A stretch of 64,000 nt of DNA, taken from Yuukianura sp. NJ FZ-2021 (taxonomy: Eukaryota). Location of the stretch: NCBI GenBank assembly GCA_046563655.1, contig CM102284.1, positions 4,774,001 through 4,838,000 of the forward strand, written 5' to 3'. Under the pieces are notes generated by a model. That model was given only the letters and a program-made list of their open reading frames with translations, ran no database searches and had not been told where the DNA came from. This document shows, one piece after another, positions 41,501-54,771 of the stretch; within the stretch, counting starts at the first letter, position 1; each line of letters begins with the position of its first letter. The translations under genes were made by a program, and so were the position numbers.

Positions 41501-44500
41501 GTTACCGTTGAAAGCTTCTACCCACGACACTCGAATGGAGCGACTCTTCTGTTCAATTACTCTGATATGAGTCGGTTGTCCCGGTGGTTCTGGAAGAACA
41601 ATTTCGTTGAAAATCTGCGCATGCGTGACAAACACTCCAACTAAATCGCTGCTGCCTACCTTGAACGCTCAAAATCACCGAAGTTTGGTCCGTTCCGAAC
41701 ATGTTTGCAGATCGACAAGAGTAGATTCCACCATCGTCTCGTGAAACGTCATTGACGATCAGTTCCGACATGACGCCATCTTCCAAGTCCTGCTGACGGT
41801 TGACGTATCTAAAAGTTCAGCGAAGGATTCATTATAGTAAGCGAAACTCAAAAATTGAAAAGCATCCAGAAAACTCAGGTCAAAATTCAAGTGCTGAAGT
41901 GAAAGTCGAAAGTCGAGTGAAAGTCGGTGAAAGTGAAAGTTGATTTGAAAAATTCCTTGACCTTGATCTGATAATTTCGGAAAAACTGACCTGTGGTTAG
42001 AATGTGGTGTAATTTTGGAATGTTTGTTGGACCATTGGATTTCAATAGGCAAGTCCCCCTTGGCTCTGCATTGAAGTATAGCCCTTCCGCCCACTCGAAC
42101 TGAAATTTGCTGATCCCTTTCCAGGAATTGAGCAGGGGCTGCAAAAAACGCAAAGAAAGTAATATTTTCCACACACGGCATATTCACAAAAACTCACCGC
42201 CGCGGTGCTTTCAGGTTAGAGAAAAAATTGTTCGCTGCCGACACAATTAGAGAAAGAGGACAAAAGAAAGCTAGAGGGGTTCAGGACAGAAAAGGATATT
42301 AGGATATGTGGGACAATAAAAAGTTCTGGAAGGACAGCGACAGAAACGGCAGCAGCAGCAATGTGTGTTCACCGTGGCGTGCCACACTGCTAAAGATTTT
42401 ATTGGCTACGTCTGACAAAAGGAAACCGCCGCTGCGGTCCAAAGCCCACTAGATTTGAACTTCTTTCGAGCTTTAGCCGCAATCTTAAACGGAAACTCTG
42501 GCTTAATTTTAGGATTTGAAAAGAGAAAGTTTATGAAAAAGTTTTTGCGGTGGGTGAAAGTGGAAGTTCTCCGAAGATTGGCACTGGAAGGACACAGAAG
42601 TTCGAGAAAAGCTAGGTTAACCAACATACTGCCCGTATAACTCCAAACACTTTCTGAGGTTTCTGTTGATTGAGTAGAAAATTACTGGTGTGAAGCAGAG
42701 ATCTTTAGATTTACTTTCACTTTCACCGAAAAAAGTTAGGTTAACCTAAAGTGCCAAGTGAAGAGAAGAAAAGACAGAGTTAAATCAAGCGAAAGTCTAA
42801 ATCAAATCCTGTCACTTCTTTCTTTTGTAGCCTTGGTCACATGGGTACACGCACCATACACTGGTTCAAGTCAACCAACTTTCTCTTTTCCAAAAAATAT
42901 TTCTATTTTCTATAGATTCAACGGAGTGGCAAATTCCTTCAACCTTCTGTCACTTCCAGTTCTAGTTTACAGAGTTCGGATGAGGTCAAAGGTCACGCAG
43001 CTCAAATCTTACCATTAACTTTAAGAGAGATGACTTTGCTCAATCCAGAACCAACTCCATTACGAGCTTCACAGAGGTATTGTCCTTCGTCCAATTTTCG
43101 AACTTCATCAAACCGAATCGTTCCATTGACGAAGATTCCTGTCCAACTTCCTGTCAAGTCTTTGTACTCTCCCGGTTGAGTTCCTGTGCCAACATTGTTC
43201 AAAATCAGGATTAGAACAGTTTCCAGATTTTCAAATTTTTAGCTTTTTAGATCAATTTTAGCTCAAAAACTTCTTCAAATAACAAATTGGACTTCAGGGA
43301 GCCCTTAACTCTAACTGGGACTAACAAAGTTAATGCTGAATCAGGACCGTTGTCACACGGCTCATTTTTTAAAAAGAAGTTTTTATTAGCTGTGACAGTC
43401 CAGAAGAAAGAGAAAGTTGGAACCTGTCAAGGATGGGTCTTAGAAGTTGCAAGAAAAGAAATGTATTAGATCAGGTTGAAAAGCTAGGTTATGGTTAGGC
43501 TAAGGTTAGTTTTTAGGTTTTGAGCCTTATATTAAATGGGTTCTCTGCTTTACGATTATTACCCGTAGCTCGTTTCCAGACAATTGATGGGGTTGGATAA
43601 CCGTCGGCTTGACAGTGGAGAGCAATTGAGTGACCCGCAGACACATTAATGTCTCTGGGTTCAAGAGTCCATTTTGGTGGAACTTGGAACAGAAAAACAA
43701 AAATGTTAGTGTTAGGTGAGTCCAAAATCGGAGAAATTCAAAAACTTTCAAAAGTTCATTTTAAACATGGAAGGTCAAAGGTCAAGGTCATTACCATTGA
43801 CTGTCAACATGGCCGCATGATGCTCTTTTCCCGCCGAATTCTGGGCAATACAAGTGTACAGTCCAGTATGTGCTGACGACAGAGTGTCAATGACCAGAGT
43901 GGACGAATATTCGTCTGGAAAAGTGATTCGGGGGCCCTTAAGAAGCAAACAAACACCCAAAACACATTTACGAAAACCTCAAAATGTTTGCACAAGTTTT
44001 AAAGAGAAAGCGGGTAGGGTGTTTGAACAACTTTTAAAAAAGAATGTGTTTGAACAGAGATTAGTAACCAAAGGATCTTAAGCTTTGGACTTAAGTCCTC
44101 TCTCATCAAATCCCTTCCATTTAGAAAGTGGAGAACCCAAATAAGTGAAAAGTGCTATTTTGAAGAGGGGGCGGAGGAGGGGGGACTTACTTGATGATTG
44201 TGAGCTGAAATTGGTTTTTCATCGAAGAGCCACGTGAATTCAAAGGGTCTGTCCCCTTCAATGACCGAACAGGACACGGAAGCTCGCTTTCCCTCTCCCA
44301 GTAATTGACTCATGAATTGAAATGGCATGATTTTCGGAGCAACTGGGAAGGGAGACAAAGTGAAAGGAGAGAAAGTTATTTATTTTTCATTACGAAATTC
44401 AAAGCCACAAAACCCCTTCTGTCCATGAACAGTGCATTGACAAAGGCTGAACTCTGCCGTTGTCATCAACTTAAGCGCTAATTCACTTCTAATTGCTTTC

Positions 44501-47500
44501 ACTTCCGTGATTAGGTTAAGTTAGGCTATACAACTTAAGCATATTTTCAATTTGCAACGTGTCTAAGCTTACCAATGACCTGGACATGGAGGTCTCTCGT
44601 GGAAGTTGTCCCTTGACGATTCTTGGCTTCACATCCATAAATACCTGTTTAGATTATTAAGAAATAGTTAGCAAAGTGTGTTTTCTTCGATGACTTTAGA
44701 TGCTTGGACTTTTTAGTTTGTGATAAAAACAGAAAATTCTGATTTTCGTGTCGATTTAAGTCGACTGAACTCCCAGCCAAAATTTTCAACAAACTTTTAT
44801 TATAATTTTTCATTATAGACAGTTATATACTTGTGTAACAATTTTACGAGAATTTTTTTTAGTCTAATTTTGAGGAAATTAAAAATTCGAGTATTTTCTT
44901 TTGTTTTTATATTAGTTTATGTTAGGTTATTATTTATGTTATGTTAGAAAGAATATGATTAAGTCCACCCTCATATCAATTTCTAGTGTTTGTCTATCCT
45001 TCTGCTTGATCAAAAACTGTTTTGTTTACCTTCGTCTTCACCCTGTTGAATTTGTTCAATAATAAGCGTCCCATTTGGATATACTTTTTGACGTCTGTTC
45101 ACTGGCAAGGCAGAACCACCTGTAAAGTTACAGTGAAAAGTTATTAAAGTTGGAGTAAATATTGCTCAGCTAGTTAAACACATTTCAGCGATGACAAATG
45201 CTTGAAACGCACTTTGAGCAGTACAGGGACATTTGAAATTTAATCAAGCGCTGGAGGTATACAAAAGCAGGGCGTGGTTGGGCTTTGAGCCGTCAACTTT
45301 CTTCCTGTTCTAAATGATTGATGGCCTCAAAAGAGACAGTTACAATCAAATCCTTTTTTGGTTTCAAAGGGAATTGAATGCACTAAAGACATGATGGAGG
45401 GAGGAGGAAAAGTTCGAAAAGTGAAAGCCCAGCTTTCACTTCCTTCTCAAGCAATCTGATTAGCACGTTAATTGTCAGGATCTGCCTCCAGGTTACATTA
45501 GACTATATGTTATGCTAGTTTAACATAGAGTTAAGTTTAAAAAGCATACCTCGTTCCCACGTGATGCTGTCTATAGGGTAACCGGAAACGGGACATTGAA
45601 TGCTAAAGTGCTTTCCAGCAACTGCTTTCACTGGTGGAATTGGTCGAATAAATGGTGGACCTACAAAAAAACTGGTGTAATTGAAAACGTAGATTCTAAA
45701 GATGTAATTTTACTTTTACACTAATTTGCAATTTTCGTAAATTTTGTAAAAGTTGTTACCGTAAATGTTCAAGCGTGCGGAATGGGAGACGCTTCCCATG
45801 CTATTATGGGCTAAGCAACTATAAAGGCCTCCATCAAACGGCTCCACATTGGAAATGTTTACGTGGGAAATCACATTATCGTGAATCGTTACATACTGAC
45901 CCACTAGGTACCTTGAATCAACAAAAATCAGGGTCAAAGGTCAACGCCGTAGAAAAAGTTTGAACAAACTAAAAGCTCCAATTTCGAAAACAAGACTGAA
46001 AAGTTCAGAACTCAATGTGATAGTTTAAGGGTCAAAGGTCAGCGTAAACATTCTTATACTTTTTTTTTCATTTTTCTATAAAAGTTCAACTTTAAAAAAT
46101 AAAATAGTACAATTAAATATAAATTCAAAAAATGAGGTCAAAGGTGAATTTCTTTAAAGCTAACCTCTCACTTTCCGGAAGTGGAAAGCCGTCGAGGGTC
46201 CACTGAAACTGCGGCGGTGGATTTCCGACGCCCGTACACTTAAGGGACACCGAAGGGCCCGGTTGGAGCGTTTGTTCAGTAAATCTGTAGACGAGTTCTG
46301 GAACAATCGCTACATAAGACAAAGACAATGGAACTGTTATGCCTAGGCCCATTGAGAAGTCTTTTGGACTGAATTAAATAGAGCGAACGAGGCTTCTGGC
46401 TAGTGGTGGCAGAGGATTTGGGAAGAAAATAGTTTCCATTTACTTTGTTCCTTACAAGGGCTTTCTCTGGGCAGAGAAAGCGCCAAAGGAACTTCCAAAA
46501 TTACAAAAAGTGAAATCAAAATCCAGGATTTGTGGTAATGTGGCAAGACGAGAAAAAGGAGCTGAATGGAAATGGAGTGGGATCTGCGTCAGCGCTTTGC
46601 TTACAACCGAGTCGGAGCTGGGCACTGTCTTGAGCAGACGCTTGGTCATTCGTTGCAAAACACTGGAACATTCCAGCGTCTTCAGGCTCCACTGAACTAA
46701 TCGTCAGTTCCAATCGACTTCCGGATAATGACCAACGACTGCAAATAAGTTTCCAAGCGATTAAACACTTCATTTTCTTAAGTAAAGAAATTAGGTTAAG
46801 ACGTTAGGTTATTGATCTAACAAAGTTACTGTTAGGTTTGGTGCTTAACCTTGCCTAGCCTAACTGAAAACATAAAGTTAACGAACCTTGATGGTCCGCC
46901 GCCAATCCGCTTTCCATCTTTGAACCACTCAACAGCATCGACTGGGCTGCCTGTGATGAGACACCGAAATGTCATGCTCCTGCCGACCTCAATGACCTGT
47001 GACTTTGGAGTCACTTGAACATGTAAAGGTACTAGAAAGAAAGCAAAAACAAAGTGAAGAAGAACATAGTGACAACAAAAATAGTTTTTGAGAGAAGAAA
47101 GCATCCTTGTTTTGCATATACGTCCCTAGGGCTCCACTTTCACCTCATCATTTATGCACCAAAAAGAATCAATTTCAAAAGTGTACAGTACTTTCTCCCC
47201 TCTAGCACAACATTATTCAAAATTTGAAACTTTACCAGTGCTCACCTACGTATCTTTTGTGTTATGTTTTCGGGAGGCTGTAAATAACCTAACGTGAACT
47301 TCATCCAACCACAACTGAAAAGACTTTCTAATTTTGAAATTTAGTTTCAAATCTAAACTAAAAACTAGAATTTGAAAAAGATCTAATGTGTAATGTTAAA
47401 GACTAAAAACCTGTTTAAAATAAAACTCAAAACGCGTTGGAGTATTTACTTCCTGAAAGTTACCAAAAAGAATCAATTTCAGAAGTGTACAGTACTTTCT

Positions 47501-50500
47501 CCCCTCTAGCACAACATTATTCAAAATTTGAAACACTAGCTGTGCTCACCTACGTATCTTTTATGTTATGTTTTCGGGATGCTTTAACTGACCTAACGTG
47601 AACTTCATCCAACCACAACAGAAAAGACTTTCTAATTTTGAAATGTTTCAAATCTATTATAAACACTAAAAACTAATTCTAAAAACGAGTTAATGTTAAA
47701 GACTAAACCCGTTTAAAATAAAAATCAACAAAGTTAGCACATTTACCTCCTCTCAAAGTTTTGAAAACGGTGAATTTTCCTTGAAATCTGGCTCACTAGC
47801 AGTTGTTTCTTTGAAGAAATTTTTGTCAAGTAATTTTAGAAAATTGTTGAAGATTTATCCTGACCTTTGACCTCCGTGCGAGGAACTTTTACCAAAACTT
47901 TAATAGGCAAAATAAAAATTTGAAAAAAGAATTGATTGCTCTGGTACAAGCAGAATTTGTCCACGGAAGAGGGCCATTGCAGTGAAAGTGTGTCCGAGTG
48001 AAAGTTACAAATTGAATGGAATGATCCCCCTTATCGACTGACGTTCCCTCCCTGCCTATCAATCCAGACAATGAAAGATTGACCTCGAGGCAGGGAACGT
48101 AACCAGTCTAGGCGCGGATGAGGAAACTCAGGTCATTGACGTCCGCTTGAGACTTGAACATGTACTACGAGTATGCGGAAAGCTAAGACCTCTTGCCCTT
48201 GAGGCAATGATAAACTATGGCCGCCATGACTTCAATTTTCAAACGTGCTTTTCCTATGTTCGCTGGAGATAGAAAGCATGAAGCCTTCAGTCCAAAAACG
48301 CCTTCTCAGATGTATGTTCTACATTTTTCTTCTTTGGTCTCTCCAAGTCTTTCGTAACAGAATTTGCCAAAGAGCTTTAACACTTTGTAAATGTCAAATC
48401 CTCCATTCTGGAAGTACCCACAAGAGGAGAGTGTTGGAATCAATAGGTTAGGCTGAGCCTAACCTAACTGGTCTGAATTGGTTGAAGTGAAAGTGGAGCA
48501 GAAAAAGTAGAAAGTTAGATTTAAAAAAAAGTTCTGAACGTAACTTTGCGTTGTATTTTAAGTTAGACTAACTCTTGTCTCATAGATTAGGTTGGCCTAG
48601 TGTTAGATCGTATCTTGTTTAAGTTAGGATCGATTAGGTTGTAAAGTTAATGTTAAGTCATACAAGTTAGAATGGAAGAGGACAAAGGGAAGAAAGACGA
48701 AGTGCGTAAAGTGGTGCGTCAATTGAGAAGTTGTGGAGGGAGTAACTTTCTTTTGCTTTCTCCGTGTGAAAAAAGAAGTTGAAAAAAGAAGTCTCACCAT
48801 AAACATTGAGCTGAAAGCGGACTGTGTCGTGGGAAATAGAATTATTGACCCAACAGAGGAAGCGTTTTGGAGCGTCTTCAGGTTGGACTTGAGTCAGAAG
48901 AATGGGTCCCTCCTGAGATGAATGTCTCGCCTTGGTGGTTGTCGTAGTTCCAGAACCACTCCCAGTAACATAACTTCCCAATATTTCATCCTCCCTCTCC
49001 TGGAACCATCTGCCAACGGAACAAAAACAATATGTTCACGAATTGGGCAATGGCAAAAATAACCTAACTTATACGGAGCTAACGTAAATCACAAAGGCTA
49101 ACTTTAAAGAAAACTGGAGCTGCGGGAGTTGTACAAAGCTGGAGAAAGTGGACACAAATTTTGAGTTCTAGAAGTTCTTGGGACAGAAAAGGACGAAAGA
49201 CGGTGTGCATAAAGGATGCATTGAAGTGGAAGATTTCAATTTGATAGGAAAATGATTGGTGACGACGGTTCGAGTCCCACAGCCGCCAAAGTGACTGTGG
49301 CCCCACCATGGTTTATGGTCCCACCAAGGTGGCGCAATACCGATAGGTAGCCGAGAAAAACTTACAGATACGTTGGCGGAGGACTTCCGGAAGCAAGGCA
49401 TCCCAACTGGACATCATCTCCAGCGTTGGCTTTTATTGTGACTTGTTTTGGCACCAAAAGTTTTACAGGTTCTGGACCATCCGAATCTTAAACAAGAAAA
49501 AGAAAAACAATTTTGTTAAAAAATGCCTGCGTAGATGGAACGTAAACGAAGAAGGAATTGATGATTTCCGTGATTTTCGGAAATTTAAGTTTCAGATAAG
49601 ATCAGCAGAGCACTAGCAAAACGAGGACACCGAACTTTTTTTAGGACAGTCGAACTAGAGTTCTTCATTTCGTCAGAGAATTGTTGATTTAGCCATTTAC
49701 AAAAGTAATCCGGGATTGTGCCAAAGTGAAAGCAATATCAGCACTGCTTATCTCCAAAGTACTTTCACCGTTTGCTTTCAACACCAACAGCAAACGGAAA
49801 AGGCATCAATTTACACCTTGTTCCAAGGGGTCACGACCTCTTTCTTCTTACTTTCTAGGAAATGAGTCGGCATTTCCACCAAAGAAAGAAAAAGTTTTTC
49901 AAAACAAAACTTTTTGGAAAAAGAAAGTACTTTAGATGTTTGTTGTTCACTTTCGTTCCCCCTTTTACTCAAGAAACGAATCAGTACAAAGTAGGGGAAA
50001 TGAAAGAGAGGTCAGGTCACAAGAAAGTTTTCCAAATTTCAGCAAAGGCACAGCATTCCAACAGTCCAAATTCATTTCACGTCCTCAGCATAAAAGAAAG
50101 TACACACTAGAGAGACGGCTAGAAAAGAAAGGAGAAAGTAGAAGACTTTCACTTTAGAATTCGAAGCGATTTTTTTAGTCTTCTAGGTTTCTAAAATAAT
50201 TGCCATATCCTATTCCTCTATACTTGAAGTTCCATTTCAGTAGCGTCTAGCTTCTTTTCTAGAAACCCGGTTTTAAGCGATCAGGAGACGCTTGCTGCTG
50301 CTTTAGCTCTCTTATACTACTAGCACCCCCGTCTTCACCTTCCGAGTCACGCACTTCCCATTCCAATCTTACACTTTCCCTGTGAGAAAAAAATTTATGA
50401 CGGATATCATCCTCTTAGGGAGGAGAAGCCAGAGTTCTTTCTTTGAAATAAAAACCGTGGAATTTGCACTTTTCAAAAAACGAAGGAAGAAAAAGCTGCT

Positions 50501-53500
50501 TAAAAACGTGTGTCGCGTGTCGCTGAGCAGCAGAAATTTAGAATTTTTCAGCGCAGCGCCTTTTACTTCATATTGTCTAACACATCGCTATTAAATGAAA
50601 TTTTGAAAATAAAACTAAAGATTGATTACTAAATCACAAAGTAAAGGAAAGTAAGTTATGGATGGCATCGCTTCGTTTAAGGCGTTCGAGAGTCTGTGAA
50701 AGCAAGTGAAGATTGCAACATTTGTTTTAATTCAGCGCTAGATTTGTGCAACTCGACTCTGCTTGGCTACTAGTTCAAGGTCTTTTGAAGCAAGAACGAC
50801 ACAGGGGATCAGATTTATTGTATTTGTTTCCAAAGTTTTTTGGTCCAAGCAGCAGGACTTTTGTCTTTCCCAACTGAATTTCCCTTGGCCTCGCAAGTCG
50901 ATCACGATTTCCATTCTGCCCCTCTGATCTACTTTCAAATGAAAATTGAAAGTTCGAGACATTTTCCAATATCTAGAGGTTGTAGAGTTTCCTGAAAGTT
51001 CCAGTTTCAAACGCTGGAAATTTTCTGGAGCAGCCTCCAGTAGTTGGCCTGTCTCACAAAGTCTATATTTCTCAAAGAGTAAAACACTTACTCTGTCAGA
51101 CAGCCAGCGACAGACTTGTTTCCAACTTTATTTTTAATTCAAAAGAATCGATTCAAATTCTTTCACAAAAAGTGAGCATGGCCACCAAAAACTTCTGCAA
51201 TACCTTATGAATATAGCCAAATTCTACTTTTTTCGGAAAAGTTTAAAATAAAAAAGAGACTGAATGGGCCATTGTTCTTGAAAACGACAATGGAAAGTGT
51301 CGTGTACTTTGGATTTCGAATTTAAAGAAACGAGTGAATTTGAAAACTTTTATAGCTTCGAGTTTAACTTTTAAGCTGACGGTGAGTGAATAACTTTAAA
51401 TTTCAGTTACGAGGGGTTTACTTTGGCGTAAAATGTTATGGACTTGGAGAAAGGCGTATGTAGTTTATTTAGATTTGAAAAGTTTTTGAATTTTGAAAAG
51501 TAAAAAGTGGTTAAAATTTTGACAGTTTACCTTTGACGACGATTCTAGACGAAGAGCTGACTTTGATTTCGTTTGTGACTCTGTGTGAAGTGCGACAAGT
51601 GAAGCGCTTGTAACCATCTGAAGAGTCAACATTGAAGACCCAGAGGTCACCATTTGGCAGTAGAGTGTATTTTCCTATTAAAATGACACACTAATTTTAA
51701 ATGTAAACAAAATTTTCAAAATTTTGACACAAAAATTAGTTGGATCAAGATTTGACACTTTCTTTTCACTTAGTTTTCACTCACCAGTCTGAAAATTGGG
51801 ATAAATGTTGAGAGTAGAATCTTGTTGCCAAGAAGTGACTGTGACAAAATCTCGTACTTGTTGAGGCACTATGCAGCTTTTAGACAGAAAAAGGGATCAT
51901 AATTTTAAAATTTTGATCAAATTTTGAAAAACTTGAAATTTCGAGATTCAAGTAACCCGAAAAGTATTTTTCCAATGGAACAGAATTTTTCTGCTCAGGA
52001 AAACATAATCTCCCCCTTCGATCAGGGCCGTAAAAATGTCAATTTCCTTTTCGAATGGTTCAAAAAACAGCTCCAGGGTTTTTTTTCAAAGAAGATGAAG
52101 TATTCTGCACCCCACATAAGAACACACCTCGCTGTTTTCTCTTCAAAAACTAGACTTTGAAAAAGCAGTTTCTGTGCTCCTTCAAACTTTTGAATTTCAA
52201 TTTCCAAAAAAAAAATTCAAAATATTGGAAATAGATTTCAGGTCAACTTCAAGTGAATTTTCTATTTTGAATAGTTACTCCCCCTGCTTCTTCCTTGCTT
52301 TTTCGAACCAAATCTTCTTAAAGTGTAGGGATTTTAGATAAAGTAATCTTCATTTTATTATAAAAGAGAAAGCACACACAAGGGTACTTACCGTAATATG
52401 GCAATGTTTCCCCTAAGGACGCTTACATCCCGATTTTCAATTTCATACGGCACATCTACAACTTTGAAGAAAGTAAAAAGAAGACAGGCATTAAGAAAAA
52501 GCCCATTTGAGTGCGGCTTATTTTCTAGTCTGTTTCACTCGGAGGAATTTGAGTTTGAATAATAAATAAAATTTGGACTCATTTTGGTGTGAAATGAAAT
52601 CCTGAAGTTTCCGGAGGGGGTTAGAAAGGCCAACTTTCACCAAAGGAAAATAACCAACACCATCCTAACCTAACTTTAACGTGGGCATAGCGTAGTAGGC
52701 CTAACCTCAACAGAGGGATTTGTGATGGGATCATTAGCGAAGAGGAAGTTTAGAACAGACGAAGGATTCAAAACTGTTTAGCTACACAGTACTCTCATCA
52801 CCATGAATTCTAAACGGGCTTCCAGAAGATCCTTCCTCGATATGCCGGAATACTGATACTTTAAGTGAAAGCACTTCAGAGAAAGCCAAGAAATTAGGAG
52901 GAGGATTAGAACAGGCTTTTCAAAACAGCTCCAATTTTCAAAAACACTAATGTTCTTCGTATGAGTTTTGTTCTAAAACAACAAAAACGAACACTGCATT
53001 CATTTTTACATAACCAAACTTAGCCCCTATAGCAGTATTATAAACATAACGTTAGTTAATATGTTTTCCAAGGTTAACAGTTACTGCGTGAATTTTTGAT
53101 TTTTTACTGAATTGAAATTTTTTCAGTTTTGAATTCAAAAATTTTGAATTCAAAATTGATAAATTATTTGTTTATCTTCCTTTGAATGGGAAAGACAACT
53201 TTAATTTTTTCCAGTTGAATTTGCTTTCAAGAATTCCAAAAATGTAGGCAACATCCCAAGGCAATTTTGAAGAAAAAGTATAAAGTGAATGACGATCACC
53301 GGGAAGACGACGTCTGTTTTCCTTTTGCTGCTCAGGAGAAAGCAACCGACTGAATCACTTTCATCCTTTTCGCTCAACCCCAAAACCCAAAACCCCAATT
53401 CATGGTTCACTGTTTTGAAAATCCCGCCAATTTCCTGGAGCAAGTCGATTGCAAATCATGTAATAATCCTCCACAGCAAATATTTGCTTTCGCAACCTTC

Positions 53501-54771
53501 CAAGTTAGAATAGTTGGCCTACATTATTAAGGCCCAAGCATTGGCTTCCGCTTGTCGGAAGATCCTCGTCATCTACTAGTCGATGGATGTGCCCTTTACG
53601 GTTTGTAATGTTGAAGGGAATCGCGTTTTCAAGTGCCCACAAAGGAGCAGAACAAACGAAAGAGAAATGTCAACCTTATTACGTTCTGATCCAAAATTTC
53701 ACTTTTCAAATTTTGACCTAAGTGACCTAGTTTTTCAAATTTTTCAAAAGCCAAATTCGAAAAAAAGACTAATTTTAAATTCTGAGTTCTAAAATATTAA
53801 ACCCAGCCAAATTATAGAGACGGTGAAACGCGAAAACTTCGAAACTGAAAGCGCGAAAAAGTGAAAACGCGAAAAGTGAAAGTTCGTTAACTTAATTTGC
53901 ACGTCTTTCTTTGGTAAAGTGTGAAAGAAACTTGTGTTTTGAGGGAGTGGAAGTGGGTAATGGGAAGACAACTAAGTTTGGAACCTCCTGTTTTCTCCGA
54001 GAGCTTTATGATTTATAATTCGTATAACTCAATTTGGACTCAGTTTGTGTCCTGGAAGATCCTCCAGAAGCATTCATCCAAGGCCTGTGGTGTAGTTCAG
54101 CAGAGTGAAAGGTTATTAAGTGCTAAGTGGGTGACAAAGTGTCAAAGGGATGATAAGTGGAGCGGGATGATGAAGCTGACATGACAGAAACCATTTTTAG
54201 TTTAATCATCCTTTGTACTAGTTAATTCTCCAGCACAAAATGTTCTCTTTCATCTTTGTAAAAACAAAATCAGGCAATTTAGAACAAAAGAACTGCTGTT
54301 CAAATGAACTTTTTGTGTAAACGTGGTAGTTTTGTTAATTGCTTGTAAAAAGTTAATTAACTTACTTGCTCTAATGTGAATTTCAGGACCAAGGGTTGTT
54401 CCAACGGGATTAGAAGCTCGACAACGGTAAAAGGAATTGTGAACGTCACTTCGGAACTGGTCTGGGCTAAACGGGAATATTTGTAGGGTTCCTTCTTCGT
54501 CAATCTAACAATTTTGAAAAACTTTTTGAAAATTTAACATTTCAGAGACAAAGTTAACCATAAATTCTGCCATTCGTTGGACGTTTTACCTCACGAATTC
54601 CCGAAATGTTCATCACTGGCAAAAAGTCTTTGGTGACCCACTGTGTTGTGGGTTTAGGTTGACCTTCGACCTTGCATTGAACTTTCCCGCCAACGCGAGA
54701 GCTCAAGGTCATTGACCTCTGCCACGGTTCTAGAATTCTCGGTCCATTTTCTTCTAATGAAATTCCGCTCA
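35556..54771 (-). CDS. Dscam: Dscam-family Ig/FN3 cell-adhesion receptor (9 Ig, 4 FN3, Ig10, 2 FN3, TM, cytoplasmic tail); no hypervariable arrays seen; signal-peptide exon not located
   Basis: Over 30 phase-consistent exons read by hand: Ig1 54771-54590 and 54504-54366; Ig2 52461-52392, 51876-51785, 51674-51531 (VLRGNIAILRCIVP...GKYTLLPNGDL); Ig3 49486-49366, 49009-48798; Ig5 FTEQTLQPGPSVSLKC...LDGFPLP (46309-46165); Ig7 44342-44191, 43936-43795; TM exon 37495-37340; tail motifs DVCPYATF and PPTKFSDSRDL; C-terminal PDZ-type HIDV-stop at 35556. The paralog (Dscam2/3/4-like) is not resolved. Confidence 0.93.
38287..38410. repeat. Short intronic direct duplication (period 81 bp)
   Basis: ATCTCTAAC.TC.TCTAAAGTACGA at 38287 and 38368, each followed by AAATTCT. 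Confidence 0.7.
47158..47728. repeat. Intronic tandem duplication, two ~270-bp copies (period 304 bp)
   Basis: ACCAAAAAGAATCAATTTCA.AAGTGTACAGTACTTTCTCCCCTCTAGCACAACATTATTCAAAATTTGAAAC... begins at 47158 and at 47462, highly similar through ...GTTTAAAATAAAA. Confidence 0.92.
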
